Source of the DNA: an uncultured Thermoactinomycetaceae bacterium
Lineage (GTDB): Bacteria; Bacillota; Bacilli; Thermoactinomycetales; CALJVA01
DNA length: 64,000 nucleotides
NCBI GenBank assembly: GCA_937975135.1
Contig: CALJVA010000067.1
Coordinates: 17,792-81,791, forward strand
Reading direction: 5' to 3'
This document shows, piece after piece, positions 47,975 to 58,669 of the stretch. The notes beneath the pieces are model-generated. The model had not been told where the DNA came from. It ran no database searches and worked only from the letters and a program-made list of their open reading frames with translations. Position numbers and translations under genes: made by a program. Each line of letters begins with the position of its first letter. Positions within the stretch are counted from its first letter, which is position 1.

Positions 47975-49075
47975 ATGAGAGAAGCTGATCATCTTGATTT
48001 AGAAGGAATGTCTATTCGAACCGATTTGGCCTTGGAAGCACACGATCTGGCTCTGAAAAAAAGAAAAGATTACAGTGAAATACCTGGAGTTCGTAAGTAT
48101 GATTATGAGGAAGATGGGATCAGAGTAAGTTGGATTCAGATAGAAAATGAGCAGGGAGCACAGGAAGTGGGGAAAGATCCCGGGAGTTATCTCACTCTGG
48201 AGGTCCCTGGTCTTAAGGGACGTGACTCTAATCTGCAAAAGCGAGTAACAGCATGTTTTGCTGAAGAGTTTGCTCACTTTTTACGTGAGCTGAAAGTGGG
48301 ACCTAAGGAAAAAATACTTGTTATTGGTTTGGGTAACCGAGATGTAACAGCTGATGCACTTGGTCCTTTTGTAGTTAAGCATACTTTGGTAACACGCCAC
48401 TTGTTTCAAATGTTTCCCGAACAAGTGGAAGAAGGATATCGCCCGGTAAGTGCTGTCTCACCGGGTGTTTTGGGTACGACTGGAATTGAAACCAGTGAAA
48501 TTGTGCATGGAATTGTAGAAAAAACGCAACCCGATTTGGTGATCGCTATTGATGCTCTCGCTTCTCGTGCCTTATCCCGGGTTTATACAACAATTCAGGT
48601 AGCTAGTAATGGAATCAGTCCCGGTTCGGGGGTGGGCAATAAACGAAAGGCGCTTAATAAGGAAACTTTAGGAATTCCAGTGATTGCTATAGGTGTTCCC
48701 ACAGTAGTTGATGCTGTTACCATCGCCCACGATACCATTGAGCTGGTGTTAGGCCATCTTAATCGCGAAATGACTCAGAAAAAGCCTAGCAATCCCTTAG
48801 ATCCTATGAATCGACCGAATATGAAGGAATTAGAAGAACAACAAATTCAACAAGAAACAAGGCAACACTTTATGGGATTGGTAGGTAGCTTAGAGCCTCA
48901 AGATAAGCGAAACCTTATTGAAGAGGTATTAAGTCCACTAGGGCAAAATCTGATTGTTACTCCTAAGGAAGTAGATGCTTTTATTGGAGACATGGCCAAA
49001 ATTATCGCTGATGGGCTTAATTGTGCCCTTCATGAAGCAGTAACCATGGAGAATGTTTCGGCCCATGCCGATTAG
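47975..49075 (+). CDS. gpr: Germination protease (spore endopeptidase)
   Basis: IRTDLALEAH N-terminal block, GLGNRDVTADALGP, AIDALASR. Conserved position next to rpsT. Confidence 0.9.
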   Translation: MREADHLDLEGMSIRTDLALEAHDLALKKRKDYSEIPGVRKYDYEEDGIRVSWIQIENEQGAQEVGKDPGSYLTLEVPGLKGRDSNLQKRVTACFAEEFAHFLRELKVGPKEKILVIGLGNRDVTADALGPFVVKHTLVTRHLFQMFPEQVEEGYRPVSAVSPGVLGTTGIETSEIVHGIVEKTQPDLVIAIDALASRALSRVYTTIQVASNGISPGSGVGNKRKALNKETLGIPVIAIGVPTVVDAVTIAHDTIELVLGHLNREMTQKKPSNPLDPMNRPNMKELEEQQIQQETRQHFMGLVGSLEPQDKRNLIEEVLSPLGQNLIVTPKEVDAFIGDMAKIIADGLNCALHEAVTMENVSAHAD

Positions 49076-49111
49076 CTGCTCTTAATATCTACTGTTTAAG
49101 CAATTGCTAGT

Positions 49112-50353
49112 TTGATGGCCTATCTATTTATCGTTCTATTAATCTCTCCTCCAACATATATTGTGATGAGACAAGCCTATAAGGGGGGAGAGAGATTGGG
49201 CCATCGTTACCGAGGATTTAAAATTGTTAATATGACTGGAGCCCAGATACGGCAGATTCTTGTGATTACTATCTTGTCCGCGGCGGTCATCTTTATCTTT
49301 ACTGGAATCTTTGCGACAACACAGGCAGAACGTCACGTGCAGTCTGATCTGGGGAGGATTACAGCCCACTTTTCTTCCTCTACTCTTTTGCAACTGATGG
49401 GTTTAGAAGTTCCATACTTGTCCACAATTGTACAAGTGCAAGAAAAAGAAGGAGCATTATCACGGATCTTTTTTGAATTGGCAACCAGTATTGATCTTGA
49501 AGATCCGCGTAGTTTCTTAGGCCAAGAGTTGCCGGGTTTTGCTCTTTTTGATACTGAAATTGTCATTGCTGGGGAAGGAGTTGATTATACCTCGGTTCCA
49601 ATCGAGTCTCCTCCTCCCCCTGAATTGGAAGAGGAACTTGTAAATCGACCTCGTTCAATGCCTGAGTCGGAAGAGACTCCAGAAAAAAAGGTGCCCCCAG
49701 TTGGAGGAAAGAAGCAGGTTTTTATTTACCATACACATTACACTGAATCCTACCTGCCCTCTCTAGAAGGAATTAATAAACCTAATCGCGCCTATGACAA
49801 CAAACAAAACATAACGCTCGTTGGAAAGCGATTTGGCGAGGCTTTGGAGCGACGCGGCATTGGTGCCGAAGTATCATCGAAACAATATAAGGATAGCTGG
49901 AATCGCTTATATAGAGCTTCTCGAAAAACTGTAGTGCAAGCGATGAATCAAAATAAAAATCTGGAGTATTTTTTCGATATACACCGTGATTCTCAACGTC
50001 GAAATAAGACTACAAAGGTGATCGATGGACAGCCTTATGCGCGCGTCGCATTCGTGATTGGGACAGCACATAAGAATTGGCAGAAAAATGAGCAGTTTGC
50101 AAGAGAAATGCATAAAAAGCTTGACGAATTGTATCCTGGATTATCAAAAGGTGTTTTTCGAAAAAGTAGAGCTACTGGAAATGGAGAATATAACCAATCG
50201 CTCTCGCCGCGAAGTATCTTGATTGAAGTGGGAGGGGTTGACAATACATTTGAAGAGGCTTACCGCACAGCTGAAGCTTTGGCTCACGCATTAGCGGAGA
50301 TTCATTTTCAGGCAGTGCCTGTTGATGCACCTGCTGGCGGAAATGATTCATAA
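49112..50353 (+). CDS. spoIIP: Stage II sporulation protein P
   Basis: SpoIIP amidase-like C-terminus (VFIYHTHYTESY, FFDIHRDS, ILIEVGG). Follows gpr as in Bacillus. The start is uncertain; 49166 is an alternative. Confidence 0.85.
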   Translation: MMAYLFIVLLISPPTYIVMRQAYKGGERLGHRYRGFKIVNMTGAQIRQILVITILSAAVIFIFTGIFATTQAERHVQSDLGRITAHFSSSTLLQLMGLEVPYLSTIVQVQEKEGALSRIFFELATSIDLEDPRSFLGQELPGFALFDTEIVIAGEGVDYTSVPIESPPPPELEEELVNRPRSMPESEETPEKKVPPVGGKKQVFIYHTHYTESYLPSLEGINKPNRAYDNKQNITLVGKRFGEALERRGIGAEVSSKQYKDSWNRLYRASRKTVVQAMNQNKNLEYFFDIHRDSQRRNKTTKVIDGQPYARVAFVIGTAHKNWQKNEQFAREMHKKLDELYPGLSKGVFRKSRATGNGEYNQSLSPRSILIEVGGVDNTFEEAYRTAEALAHALAEIHFQAVPVDAPAGGNDS

Positions 50354-50411
50354 AGAGTATAACTTTGTTCCAGAGAACCTTTATGCTAACGATTTATAAA
50401 TTTTATAGTAG

Positions 50412-50777
50412 GTGGATAGAATGAGATTTACTTTACAAGCGATCTCTCTTTTGCTGGCAACGATATTTGGAATCTTTCTAGGAATTGATACAGCGGAGAA
50501 AAACATGCAAAAAATGCAAGGAAGTGAAGGAGCACCACGGGCCCTCCAAATCACACCGGAAAATGGACGTTTGGAAATCTCTGTATTAGGTCATGTATAT
50601 GAATCAGAGAATCCGCTCCCTAAAGAAAAAGTAACAAAAAAGATGGAGCAAACCAACTTCGTAGAGAAATCGCAGGAAGAAAACTTACTATCCCGAATTG
50701 GCAATGGAGTGGGACAGGGATTGGAACAAGGTACACGAAAAGCCTTGGAGGCGTTAGTTTCTTTATTAGATCAATAA
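50412..50777 (+). CDS. Small membrane-anchored protein, positional equivalent of yqxA
   Basis: 121 aa with an N-terminal TM segment. Follows spoIIP as yqxA does in B. subtilis. Confidence 0.5.
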   Translation: MDRMRFTLQAISLLLATIFGIFLGIDTAEKNMQKMQGSEGAPRALQITPENGRLEISVLGHVYESENPLPKEKVTKKMEQTNFVEKSQEENLLSRIGNGVGQGLEQGTRKALEALVSLLDQ

Positions 50778-50778
50778 T

Positions 50779-50815
50779 AAAAGCAGCCGATCCTTAAGGA
50801 TCGGCTGCTTTTATT
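50779..50815. terminator. Bidirectional rho-independent terminator
   Basis: aaaagcagccgatcc-ttaa-ggatcggctgctttt, flanked by A/T runs on both sides. Confidence 0.85.
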
Positions 50816-51526
50816 TTATGGCCAGGGTGTTTGGTCCATGAGAATATGGTGAGTGTAAATCCATTCGCCAGTTGAGCTTTTTTGTTTGTATAATTCCATG
50901 ATTAAAGCTCCGTTGATGGGCATTTTTTCTAAAGGAATCGTGATCTTCTCTGTGAAGATTCCCCAATCTGAGCTTGTGGCAGAAGCTGCTCCGATTCCTT
51001 CGACTAAATAATCATGTCCTTCTTGAACGGCGTATTTATAAAATCCACCAGGTGTTTTAGCTTCTCCATATACATAGTAGATTACATGGGGTTTATTGAT
51101 TTGAACATCTTTGAATGCCTCGTTGGTAACTGGAGAATCTCCTTCCTGAAGTGGTATAACCAACTTATTTATTTCAGAGCCATCCTTTGCAGAAATCTCA
51201 AACATTTCAAGGGTTAAATCTGTTTTAAGTGCAGATCTACTCTTTGGTAGATGGATCGATACATGAAAGTTTCCCCATTCTGGTGCACCTACAGAGGTCA
51301 TGGTCCATCCGGTGATCAATATTCGGTTTTTATCTTTAACACGATAATGGAATGTCCCTTCGTAAATTCGGGCTTTTCCGTTGACGATATATTCTACGAA
51401 TGGTTCGGTTACTTCCAAATTGCGAAAAGAGCTGTTCTCTTCTTGGTTGGCTTGGGCCGCTTCGATAGAGGGGATCATTCCTAGCATCAAGAGAAATGCG
51501 ATGAAAACAATTGACCATCTTCTCAA
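50816..51526 (-). CDS. Secreted protein with two tandem Gmad2-like immunoglobulin-like domains
   Basis: Signal peptide RRWSIVFIAFLLMLGMIPSIEA. Two repeats (GKARIYEGTFHYRV...GAPEWGNFHVSIHLP and GEAKTPGGFYKYAV...SSDWGIFTEKITIP). TTG 51526 follows GGAGGA. Confidence 0.55.
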   Translation of the reverse strand: MRRWSIVFIAFLLMLGMIPSIEAAQANQEENSSFRNLEVTEPFVEYIVNGKARIYEGTFHYRVKDKNRILITGWTMTSVGAPEWGNFHVSIHLPKSRSALKTDLTLEMFEISAKDGSEINKLVIPLQEGDSPVTNEAFKDVQINKPHVIYYVYGEAKTPGGFYKYAVQEGHDYLVEGIGAASATSSDWGIFTEKITIPLEKMPINGALIMELYKQKSSTGEWIYTHHILMDQTPWP

Positions 51527-51958
51527 TGGATTTCCTCCATTCTGTCTATGATTCGTTTTTACAAGGAGTAAAAAGGTGCCTTTCCTTTGGATACTGAACA
51601 ATAACTAGATAGACCAAAGGAAGTATGTACCAACTGAGAGGGAAATTGGGCACAGTAGCGGATAAAATCTCCGCTACTGTAAGATCCCAACATTTCTAGA
51701 ATCATTGTGAAATATTGTATTCACACACAATCTTAAATTATCAATACTACTATGTCAAGGCTTTTATGAAAAAAGAACGATAATGTAAAAATATTTTACA
51801 GTACTTATTTCCTAATACCAATAATAATCGGCGTTAATGGTATTGTCACCTAATAATTTTAATAAAAAATACATTCATTTATAATAAAAAATATTTTGTA
51901 TCCACTCTTAATAAAACAAGTCTTATATAAAGAAACTTATTTTATCTAGGGGGAGTAT

Positions 51959-52360
51959 TTATGCACGGTGGAATTTAGATCGGTACCAAGTAAATAACAA
52001 TCGCCATAGCAAAATAAAGGAAAAAACGGCTGCCCATGAAGCATACAGAAAACTGAGATCTGTAGGCCGACCAAGAATAAGCTGACGAAGTAAAATCGCT
52101 AAGGGAACGGCAATCAGAGTATTTAAAGCTACTTTTTTGATCATTACCCAAATCTGGAGATGAATGTTTTGAGAAAAAACACCGATCAACAGACCGATGA
52201 ATATCCAGAAAAAGAGAAAAGGAAGAGTCGTGAGAAGAAAAGAAGAAAAGTCAAACTCCATCTTGTGGAAGGATCTTCCCAGCAAAGAAAATAGGATCAA
52301 AACAGTAATATCACCCATCACGAATACAGGAGAAAGTAGCGTTATCTTATTGAGATTCAC
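51959..52360 (-). CDS. Small integral membrane protein (four TM segments)
   Basis: 133-aa hydrophobic ORF. The family is not confidently recognised. Confidence 0.5.
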   Translation of the reverse strand: MNLNKITLLSPVFVMGDITVLILFSLLGRSFHKMEFDFSSFLLTTLPFLFFWIFIGLLIGVFSQNIHLQIWVMIKKVALNTLIAVPLAILLRQLILGRPTDLSFLYASWAAVFSFILLWRLLFTWYRSKFHRA

Positions 52361-52638
52361 TTTTTTCCCTCTTTTCCGTGGAAGTTATCTTTATATTTTA
52401 TATCGTAAGCTTCCTGATCACACAAACCTTCCCTTTAGAGCATTGAGTAATGTATTTTATGTTTATCTTTTTGCTAAATAGAGATTTTGCATCCACATTT
52501 TTATTTCCCATAATGAATCAAAGGATGAATCACATTGTAATTCGCCCATCCTCTAGAGGGGCCTGTATCATAGGTGTGGCTTTTTTGATATAATAAAAAA
52601 ATGCAGTTTTCCCCGTCGAAAGCAGGAGGGAACTATAA

Positions 52639-54450
52639 ATGGATAAACGGCAAAAGAAAATCCGTAACTTTTCTATCATCGCACATATTGACCATGGTAA
52701 ATCTACTTTAGCGGATCGTATTTTGGAGGCAACCGGTGCGCTAACTGAACGTGAGAAAACAGATCAGTTTTTAGATCAGATGGATTTAGAACGTGAACGG
52801 GGAATTACCATTAAGCTCAATTCGGTTCGTCTCACTTATAAGGCAAAAGATGGGGAGGAATATATATTAAACCTCATCGATACACCTGGTCATGTTGACT
52901 TTACCTATGAGGTATCACGAAGCCTAGAGGCCTGTGAAGGAGCCTTGCTCGTTGTGGATGCAGCCCAGGGAGTAGAGGCCCAGACATTGGCCAATGTTTA
53001 CTTAGCTCTGGAAGGGGACTTGGAGATCATTCCAGTGATCAATAAGATAGATTTGCCCAGTGCTGATCCGGACCGGGTACGGCAAGAAATTGAAGATGTG
53101 ATTGGCTTGGATGCAAGTGAAGCAGTCCTCGCGTCAGCGAAGGAGAATATTGGCATTGAAGAGATTTTAGAACAAGTAGTAGAAAAGGTGCCTCCTCCAG
53201 CTGGGGATCCAGAAGCACCCTTAAAGGCGTTGATTTTTGATTCGGTTTATGATCCATATCGGGGTGTAATCACCTATATTCGTATCGTTGATGGTGTCTT
53301 GAAAAAGGGAATGCGGATTAAAATGATGGCTACAGGAAAGACCTTTGAGGTCACAGAGGTAGGAACTTTTACTCCGCGACCTGTAGAGGTAGATGAATTG
53401 GTAGCAGGGGAAGTAGGGTTTGTTGTAGCCGGTATTAAAAATGTGCGGGATACCCATGTAGGAGATACCATCACGGATGAAGAGCGGCCTGCTGAGACGC
53501 CATTGCCTGGATATCGGCGGATCAACCCGATGGTTTATTGTGGAATTTACCCGATTGATTCTTCCGATTATGATGACCTGCGAGAGGCGTTGGAGAAATT
53601 GGAGCTAAACGATGCTTCTCTCTCTTATGAGCCAGAGACTTCTGGAGCACTTGGTTTTGGGTTTCGGTGTGGTTTTTTAGGGTTGCTTCATATGGAAATT
53701 ATCCAAGAACGGATCGAGCGGGAATTTGATATTCCAATTATTACAACTGCCCCCAGTGTTGTTTATCGCGTTCATAAAACTGATGGGACTATGGTTGAGA
53801 TCGAAAACCCGACCCATATGCCTCCCCAGCAGGAAATTGACTTTGTTGAAGAGCCCATGGTTCGTGCAAGTATTATGACACCACAAGAGTATGTGGGCTC
53901 TGTAATGGAGCTAAGTCAAAATAAAAGAGGTACCTTTATCGATATGCAATACCTAGACGAAAACAGGGTAAATATTATTTATGAATTGCCCTTGGCGGAA
54001 ATTGTCTACGACTTTTTTGATCAGTTAAAATCGGGAACCAGAGGATATGCTTCCTTTGATTATGAATTGATCGGATATAAAACCTCCAAACTGGTGAAAA
54101 TGGACATTCTTTTAAATGGCGAACCAGTTGATGCTCTCTCCTTTATCGTCCACAAGGACCATGCTTATCATCGTGGCCGACAACTTGTAGAGAAGCTTAG
54201 GGAGCTAATTCCTCGACAAATGTTTGAGATCCCGATACAGGCGGCAATAGGAAACCGAGTTATTGCTCGGGAAACAATTCGCGCCATGCGTAAAAACGTG
54301 TTGGCCAAATGTTACGGTGGGGATGTGAGTCGGAAAAGAAAACTCTTAGAAAAGCAAAAAGAGGGTAAAAAGCGAATGAAGCATGTGGGAAGTGTGGAGG
54401 TACCTCAAGAAGCCTTTATGGCCGTACTAAAAATTGATGAGAGCAAGTAA
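52639..54450 (+). CDS. lepA: Translation elongation factor 4
   Basis: [33 protein letters not shown], and a conserved LepA C-terminal domain. Confidence 0.95.
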   Translation: MDKRQKKIRNFSIIAHIDHGKSTLADRILEATGALTEREKTDQFLDQMDLERERGITIKLNSVRLTYKAKDGEEYILNLIDTPGHVDFTYEVSRSLEACEGALLVVDAAQGVEAQTLANVYLALEGDLEIIPVINKIDLPSADPDRVRQEIEDVIGLDASEAVLASAKENIGIEEILEQVVEKVPPPAGDPEAPLKALIFDSVYDPYRGVITYIRIVDGVLKKGMRIKMMATGKTFEVTEVGTFTPRPVEVDELVAGEVGFVVAGIKNVRDTHVGDTITDEERPAETPLPGYRRINPMVYCGIYPIDSSDYDDLREALEKLELNDASLSYEPETSGALGFGFRCGFLGLLHMEIIQERIEREFDIPIITTAPSVVYRVHKTDGTMVEIENPTHMPPQQEIDFVEEPMVRASIMTPQEYVGSVMELSQNKRGTFIDMQYLDENRVNIIYELPLAEIVYDFFDQLKSGTRGYASFDYELIGYKTSKLVKMDILLNGEPVDALSFIVHKDHAYHRGRQLVEKLRELIPRQMFEIPIQAAIGNRVIARETIRAMRKNVLAKCYGGDVSRKRKLLEKQKEGKKRMKHVGSVEVPQEAFMAVLKIDESK

Positions 54451-54553
54451 TCGCTTGAAAAAGATACAAAATCATAAGCAGCTGTTGGGCCAGAATCAAT
54501 CAAGGGTTGGAAAAGAAAATCACAGGAGGCCAGACCTGAAAGAAGGATGTTTT

Positions 54554-55708
54554 ATGTTGCCACGAGCAATCTATCTTCATATTCCTTTTTGTACGAACAT
54601 CTGTCATTATTGCGACTTTAACACGTATGTAGTTCGTGGTCAGCCCGTGGACGATTATCTGTTAGCATTGGAACGGGAAATGGCCAATACAGTAGAGCGA
54701 TATCCACCTGACCGGATTGACTCTATCTTTATTGGTGGGGGAACACCAACGGTTCTTGAGCCAGACCAATTAGAACGTTTACTTGAGGCGATTCAACGAT
54801 ATTTTCCAGTGTGGTCTGAGCAGATTGAATTTACTGTGGAGGCCAACCCGGGAACGACACAGTTGGAGAAGCTAAAGGTAATGAAAGCGGGAGGTGTCAA
54901 CCGCCTTAGTTTTGGAGCCCAAACATTTCGACCCGATTTGTTGCGACGAATTGGCCGGATCCATAACGCAGAGGATATTGTTCGTAGCGTCGAAGATGCT
55001 CGTGCTGTAGGGTTTGATAATCTATCTCTTGATCTGATGTTTGGTCTTCCTGACCAGCGAATTGCTGACTTGGAACAAACATTGCTACGAACAGTAAGTT
55101 TATCTCCGTCTCATATCTCCTTATATAGCCTGCAGATTGAAGAGGGGACACCTTTTCATACCTTACACCACCAAGGTAAATTGCCCCTGCCCTCTGAGGA
55201 TGAAGAGCTGGCTATGTACAAATTGGCTCAAGAATTTTTGTCAAAAGCAGGTTACAAACAATACGAAGTGAGCAATTTTGCTCAACCTGGGAGAGAGAGT
55301 CGACACAATTTAACCTATTGGCACAACGGGGCTTATTATGGATTTGGGGCTGGGGCTCACGGTTACATTCATGGAATTCGTTATGCTAATGTAAAGGGGA
55401 TTAAAGAGTATATAAAATGTAGCAATCGTGGGATGCGACCGGTTGGAGAAGAAAGAGCAGTTACTGACGAAGAGTCGATGGAAGACTTTTTGATTCTAGG
55501 CTTGCGACTTTTAGAAGGTGTATCGAAAGAACGCTTTTTTCATCGATATCGTCGTTCCCTGGATGAAGTTTTTGGACATGTTATAAAATCATTGGAAAGT
55601 CGTGGCCTACTGTTAGCAGATGAAGCGCGGATTAAGTTGACATCTCAAGGATTACTATTTGGAAATGAGGTATTTGCTGCCTTTATAGGTGAGGCAGGTA
55701 AAGCCTGA
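54554..55708 (+). CDS. hemW: Radical SAM heme chaperone HemW / HemN-like protein
   Basis: YLHIPFCTNICHYCDF (CxxxCxxC). Sits after lepA as in Bacillus. ATG 54554; the track start at 54434 overlaps lepA. Confidence 0.85.
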   Translation: MLPRAIYLHIPFCTNICHYCDFNTYVVRGQPVDDYLLALEREMANTVERYPPDRIDSIFIGGGTPTVLEPDQLERLLEAIQRYFPVWSEQIEFTVEANPGTTQLEKLKVMKAGGVNRLSFGAQTFRPDLLRRIGRIHNAEDIVRSVEDARAVGFDNLSLDLMFGLPDQRIADLEQTLLRTVSLSPSHISLYSLQIEEGTPFHTLHHQGKLPLPSEDEELAMYKLAQEFLSKAGYKQYEVSNFAQPGRESRHNLTYWHNGAYYGFGAGAHGYIHGIRYANVKGIKEYIKCSNRGMRPVGEERAVTDEESMEDFLILGLRLLEGVSKERFFHRYRRSLDEVFGHVIKSLESRGLLLADEARIKLTSQGLLFGNEVFAAFIGEAGKA

Positions 55709-55757
55709 GTAAACATTGACAATGACCTGTCCCTTTGGTACTTTTAAAGAAAGCATT

Positions 55758-55784
55758 TTAGCACTCGGTCACTGGGAGTGCTAA
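55758..55784. promoter_or_regulatory. CIRCE operator (HrcA binding site)
   Basis: Perfect TTAGCACTC-N9-GAGTGCTAA. A TTGACA -35 lies at 55716-55721 upstream. Confidence 0.95.
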
Positions 55785-55800
55785 CAAGGAGGTGGGGCAG

Positions 55801-56826
55801 ATGTTATCCCAAAGGCAGCGGCTCATTCTTCAATCGGTTGTGGATGATTATATTCGTACAGCTGAACCTGTAGGATCACGTAGTATTTCTAAGCGTAAAG
55901 ATGTGGGCTTTAGTGCTGCAACAATAAGGAATGAAATGGCTGATTTAGAAGAACTTGGATACCTAGAGCAGCCGCACACATCCGCTGGCCGTATTCCCTC
56001 TAACTTGGGGTATCGTTTCTATGTGGACCATCTGATCCCGACAGTTCGTCCTCCACGGAATGAAATTAAAGCGCTGCGAAATCTATTTGCGCTTAAAATT
56101 GATGAATTGGAACAGATGATCGCAGAAACAGCTAAAATACTTGCTCAGATTACCAACTACACGACGATTATTTTGGGACCACAGGTTTTTGGAACTAAGC
56201 TGAAACATATTCAGGTAGTTCCATTATCTGAACGAGTCGCCGTCTCGGTTATAGTGACAGATACGGGACATGTAGAGAAACGGCGTATTAAGGTGCCAGA
56301 AGGGATTTCCCTTACTTCCATTGAAAAGCTGGTAAATCTTTTAAATGCCAAACTAGTAGGGGTTCCTTTGTACAAGTTAAAAGATACCGTCTATGAAAAG
56401 TTGCGAGAAGAATTGTTACGACATGTAGATCAATGTGAGTATGTCCTTGATCTCGCAGCTGAACTGTTGCAAGCGGATCCCAATGTAAAGGTCCACTTTA
56501 GTGGAACGACCAATATGCTCGATCAACCTGAATTTCGTGATCTGGAAAAAATGAAGGGGATATTAAGTCTATTTGAAGAGGGAAAAACGGTTCTGCAACT
56601 TTTTCCTTTGATGGAAGAAGGGGTCCAAGTTCGAATCGGTCATGAAAACAATTTAGAGGAAGTAAGTCAATGCAGCATTGTTTCGGCAACCTACACACTA
56701 AAAGGACGCCCATTGGGTATTATAGGTGTGTTGGGTCCCACTCGTATGAACTATAAAAAGGTAATTGGTCTTTTAGATATCTTAACCAAAGATTTTTCCG
56801 AACATCTCCGACGCCTTTATGGTTGA
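55801..56826 (+). CDS. hrcA: Heat-inducible transcription repressor HrcA
   Basis: LSQRQRLILQSVVDDYIRTAEPVGSRSI N-terminus. ATG 55801 follows AAGGAGGTGGGG. Confidence 0.95.
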   Translation: MLSQRQRLILQSVVDDYIRTAEPVGSRSISKRKDVGFSAATIRNEMADLEELGYLEQPHTSAGRIPSNLGYRFYVDHLIPTVRPPRNEIKALRNLFALKIDELEQMIAETAKILAQITNYTTIILGPQVFGTKLKHIQVVPLSERVAVSVIVTDTGHVEKRRIKVPEGISLTSIEKLVNLLNAKLVGVPLYKLKDTVYEKLREELLRHVDQCEYVLDLAAELLQADPNVKVHFSGTTNMLDQPEFRDLEKMKGILSLFEEGKTVLQLFPLMEEGVQVRIGHENNLEEVSQCSIVSATYTLKGRPLGIIGVLGPTRMNYKKVIGLLDILTKDFSEHLRRLYG

Positions 56827-57075
56827 GAGCGGAGAAATTAGAGGGTTGGATGCCAAGGCATCTTTCCTATGTATTTAAAGTATGTGGACTTATGTCTTAT
56901 TCATTTATTTCAATCTGTTTCGGATCAAAAATTTAATGAGGGATCATGCATCCTGATATAAGTTTAGATCAAGGCTTGGCAGGAGCTATCTCATCCTCAT
57001 GCCATGTCCTAAGGGTATATTTACAATTCAGTATGAATTGCTTTTTGCGGGGAGAATCGCTACCCCGCTCTCCCT

Positions 57076-58653
57076 ATGCCCAAGGAAAGCGAGGAGAGTT
57101 ATTTGGAGCGTCACAAAGAACTGGAGAGTGCAGATCCCGGGGAAGCACGGATGAACGCCTTGCAAAGCAATGCTACTGCTGTCCGTGCTGTAGCTGCTGC
57201 TGTTGAAGGTACGCTAGGCCCCAAAGGGCTGGATACCATGTTGGTCAATGGCCGAGGAGAGGTTGTTGTCACCAACGACGGGGTAACGATATTAGAACGT
57301 ATGGATGTAAAGCATCCTGCCGCACAAATGGTGGTTAATATTGCACGCGCTCAGCAGGAAGAAGTGGGTGATGGAACGACTACTGCTACTCTGTTAGCGG
57401 CGGCATTGGTAGATGAAGGGGTTAAGCAGGTAAAGCGAGGTGTTCCGGTTGCAAAAGTAATCGCCGGGATCCAATATGGTGTCCGCTTTGCCTTGGAGCA
57501 AATGCAGATGAAAGCACGTCCAATATGGGATTTAGAGGATGAGTGGCTGCAACGAATTGCTTTTACCGCTGGTCGTGAACAGGAGGATATCACCAACCTG
57601 GTAATGGAAGCTGCCCACCTTGTCGGTCGAGAAAAGCTTTTGGAAAAAAACTTTAAGCTATCAGATACCGTGGTGGCTCACCCTCGAGTGGAGAGTGGAG
57701 TTTTTTCTGGTGTACTTCTTAATAAAGGACGGCTTAATGTACAAATGCCTTCTTTTTTGGAAAATCCGCGGGTGTTGGTCGTAGCGGATGCGTTGGAGCC
57801 AGAGCAATTGGAGGAAGAGGTATTACGTACAGAGGCCGGCTTTTCAAAGTATATGGAGTTAAAAGAAGCATTTCGCAAAACCATTGAGCAGCTGGTTGAA
57901 TTAGATGTAGGACTTGTCGTTGTAGGGCAAGGTGTAGACCCTGTGGCTGAGGAGATACTGACAGAGGCCTCGGTCATTGTTGTGAATCGGGTCAAAAAAA
58001 GCGACTTAATAAAAGTAGCTGAACATACCGGTGCACGAATGGTGAAGCGAACCGGTCTGGATAGGTCCCCTGAAGAGCTAGAGGAAATTTTGGGTTCCTG
58101 TGCTACAGTTGAAGAGGATGAGCGTTTTCAGCGGATCCGGATTACAGGAGGTACAGGAAAACCTTCAGCGACCATCTTAGTAGGAGCGGCTACAGAGGAA
58201 GTGGTCGGCGAGCGGGAGCGCATATGTAAGGATGCTGCGGCTGCTGTGCAGGCGGCATTACGAGGAGGATTTATTCCGGGGGGAGGAGCCACGGAACTGG
58301 CACTCGCCCGAGATGTTGAAAAGTATGGGGATACCGTTCAGGGAATGGAAGGATTCGGAATCGCTGCGGTTGCTGAAGCTTTACAACGGCCAATGGCTCA
58401 AGTGGTTGCTAATGCAGGTTTTAATCCATTGGAAAAGGTGGAAGAAGTAAAAGCATTACAATGGAAACGCCGTTCTGACTCTCTAGGCATTGACTGTGAC
58501 CGCGGTACGGTTGTGGATATGATTGAAATGGGTGTTGTGGATTCTTTATTGGTAAAGTATCATGCTTTACAGGCGGCAAGTGAAGTAAGTACTGCAATCC
58601 TCCGAATCCACACGGTGGTGCGGATGCGTGACGAAGAATACTTGTCGGAGTAG
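57076..58653 (+). CDS. Group II-like (thermosome/CCT-type, 'group III' bacterial) chaperonin
   Basis: TCP-1/cpn60 family signatures of the archaeal type: TLGPKGLDTMLV, VVVTNDGVTILERMDVKHPAAQMVV, QEEEVGDGTTTATLLA, GGGATELAL. 525 aa. The stop lies 16 nt before the grpE start. Confidence 0.85.
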   Translation: MPKESEESYLERHKELESADPGEARMNALQSNATAVRAVAAAVEGTLGPKGLDTMLVNGRGEVVVTNDGVTILERMDVKHPAAQMVVNIARAQQEEVGDGTTTATLLAAALVDEGVKQVKRGVPVAKVIAGIQYGVRFALEQMQMKARPIWDLEDEWLQRIAFTAGREQEDITNLVMEAAHLVGREKLLEKNFKLSDTVVAHPRVESGVFSGVLLNKGRLNVQMPSFLENPRVLVVADALEPEQLEEEVLRTEAGFSKYMELKEAFRKTIEQLVELDVGLVVVGQGVDPVAEEILTEASVIVVNRVKKSDLIKVAEHTGARMVKRTGLDRSPEELEEILGSCATVEEDERFQRIRITGGTGKPSATILVGAATEEVVGERERICKDAAAAVQAALRGGFIPGGGATELALARDVEKYGDTVQGMEGFGIAAVAEALQRPMAQVVANAGFNPLEKVEEVKALQWKRRSDSLGIDCDRGTVVDMIEMGVVDSLLVKYHALQAASEVSTAILRIHTVVRMRDEEYLSE

Positions 58654-58669
58654 GAAGGAGAGTCAGGTA

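Noticed and set aside
51652-51680. Perfect 11-bp hairpin (acagtagcgga-taaaatc-tccgctactgt) in the AT-rich 51.6-51.96 kb intergenic region
   Set aside because: It has no U-tract on either strand and no adjacent ORF end or recognisable RNA family. The evidence is too thin to call a terminator or sRNA.
56946-57206. 86-aa ORF ending in a very Cys-rich tail (QCYCCPCCSCCC) that superficially looks like another RiPP precursor
   Set aside because: It is an alternative frame of the chaperonin gene's N-terminus, where GCTGCTGCTG alanine codons (AVRAVAAAVEG) read as Cys in the shifted frame. It has no RBS and no nearby maturation genes, and the overlapping chaperonin frame carries strong family motifs.
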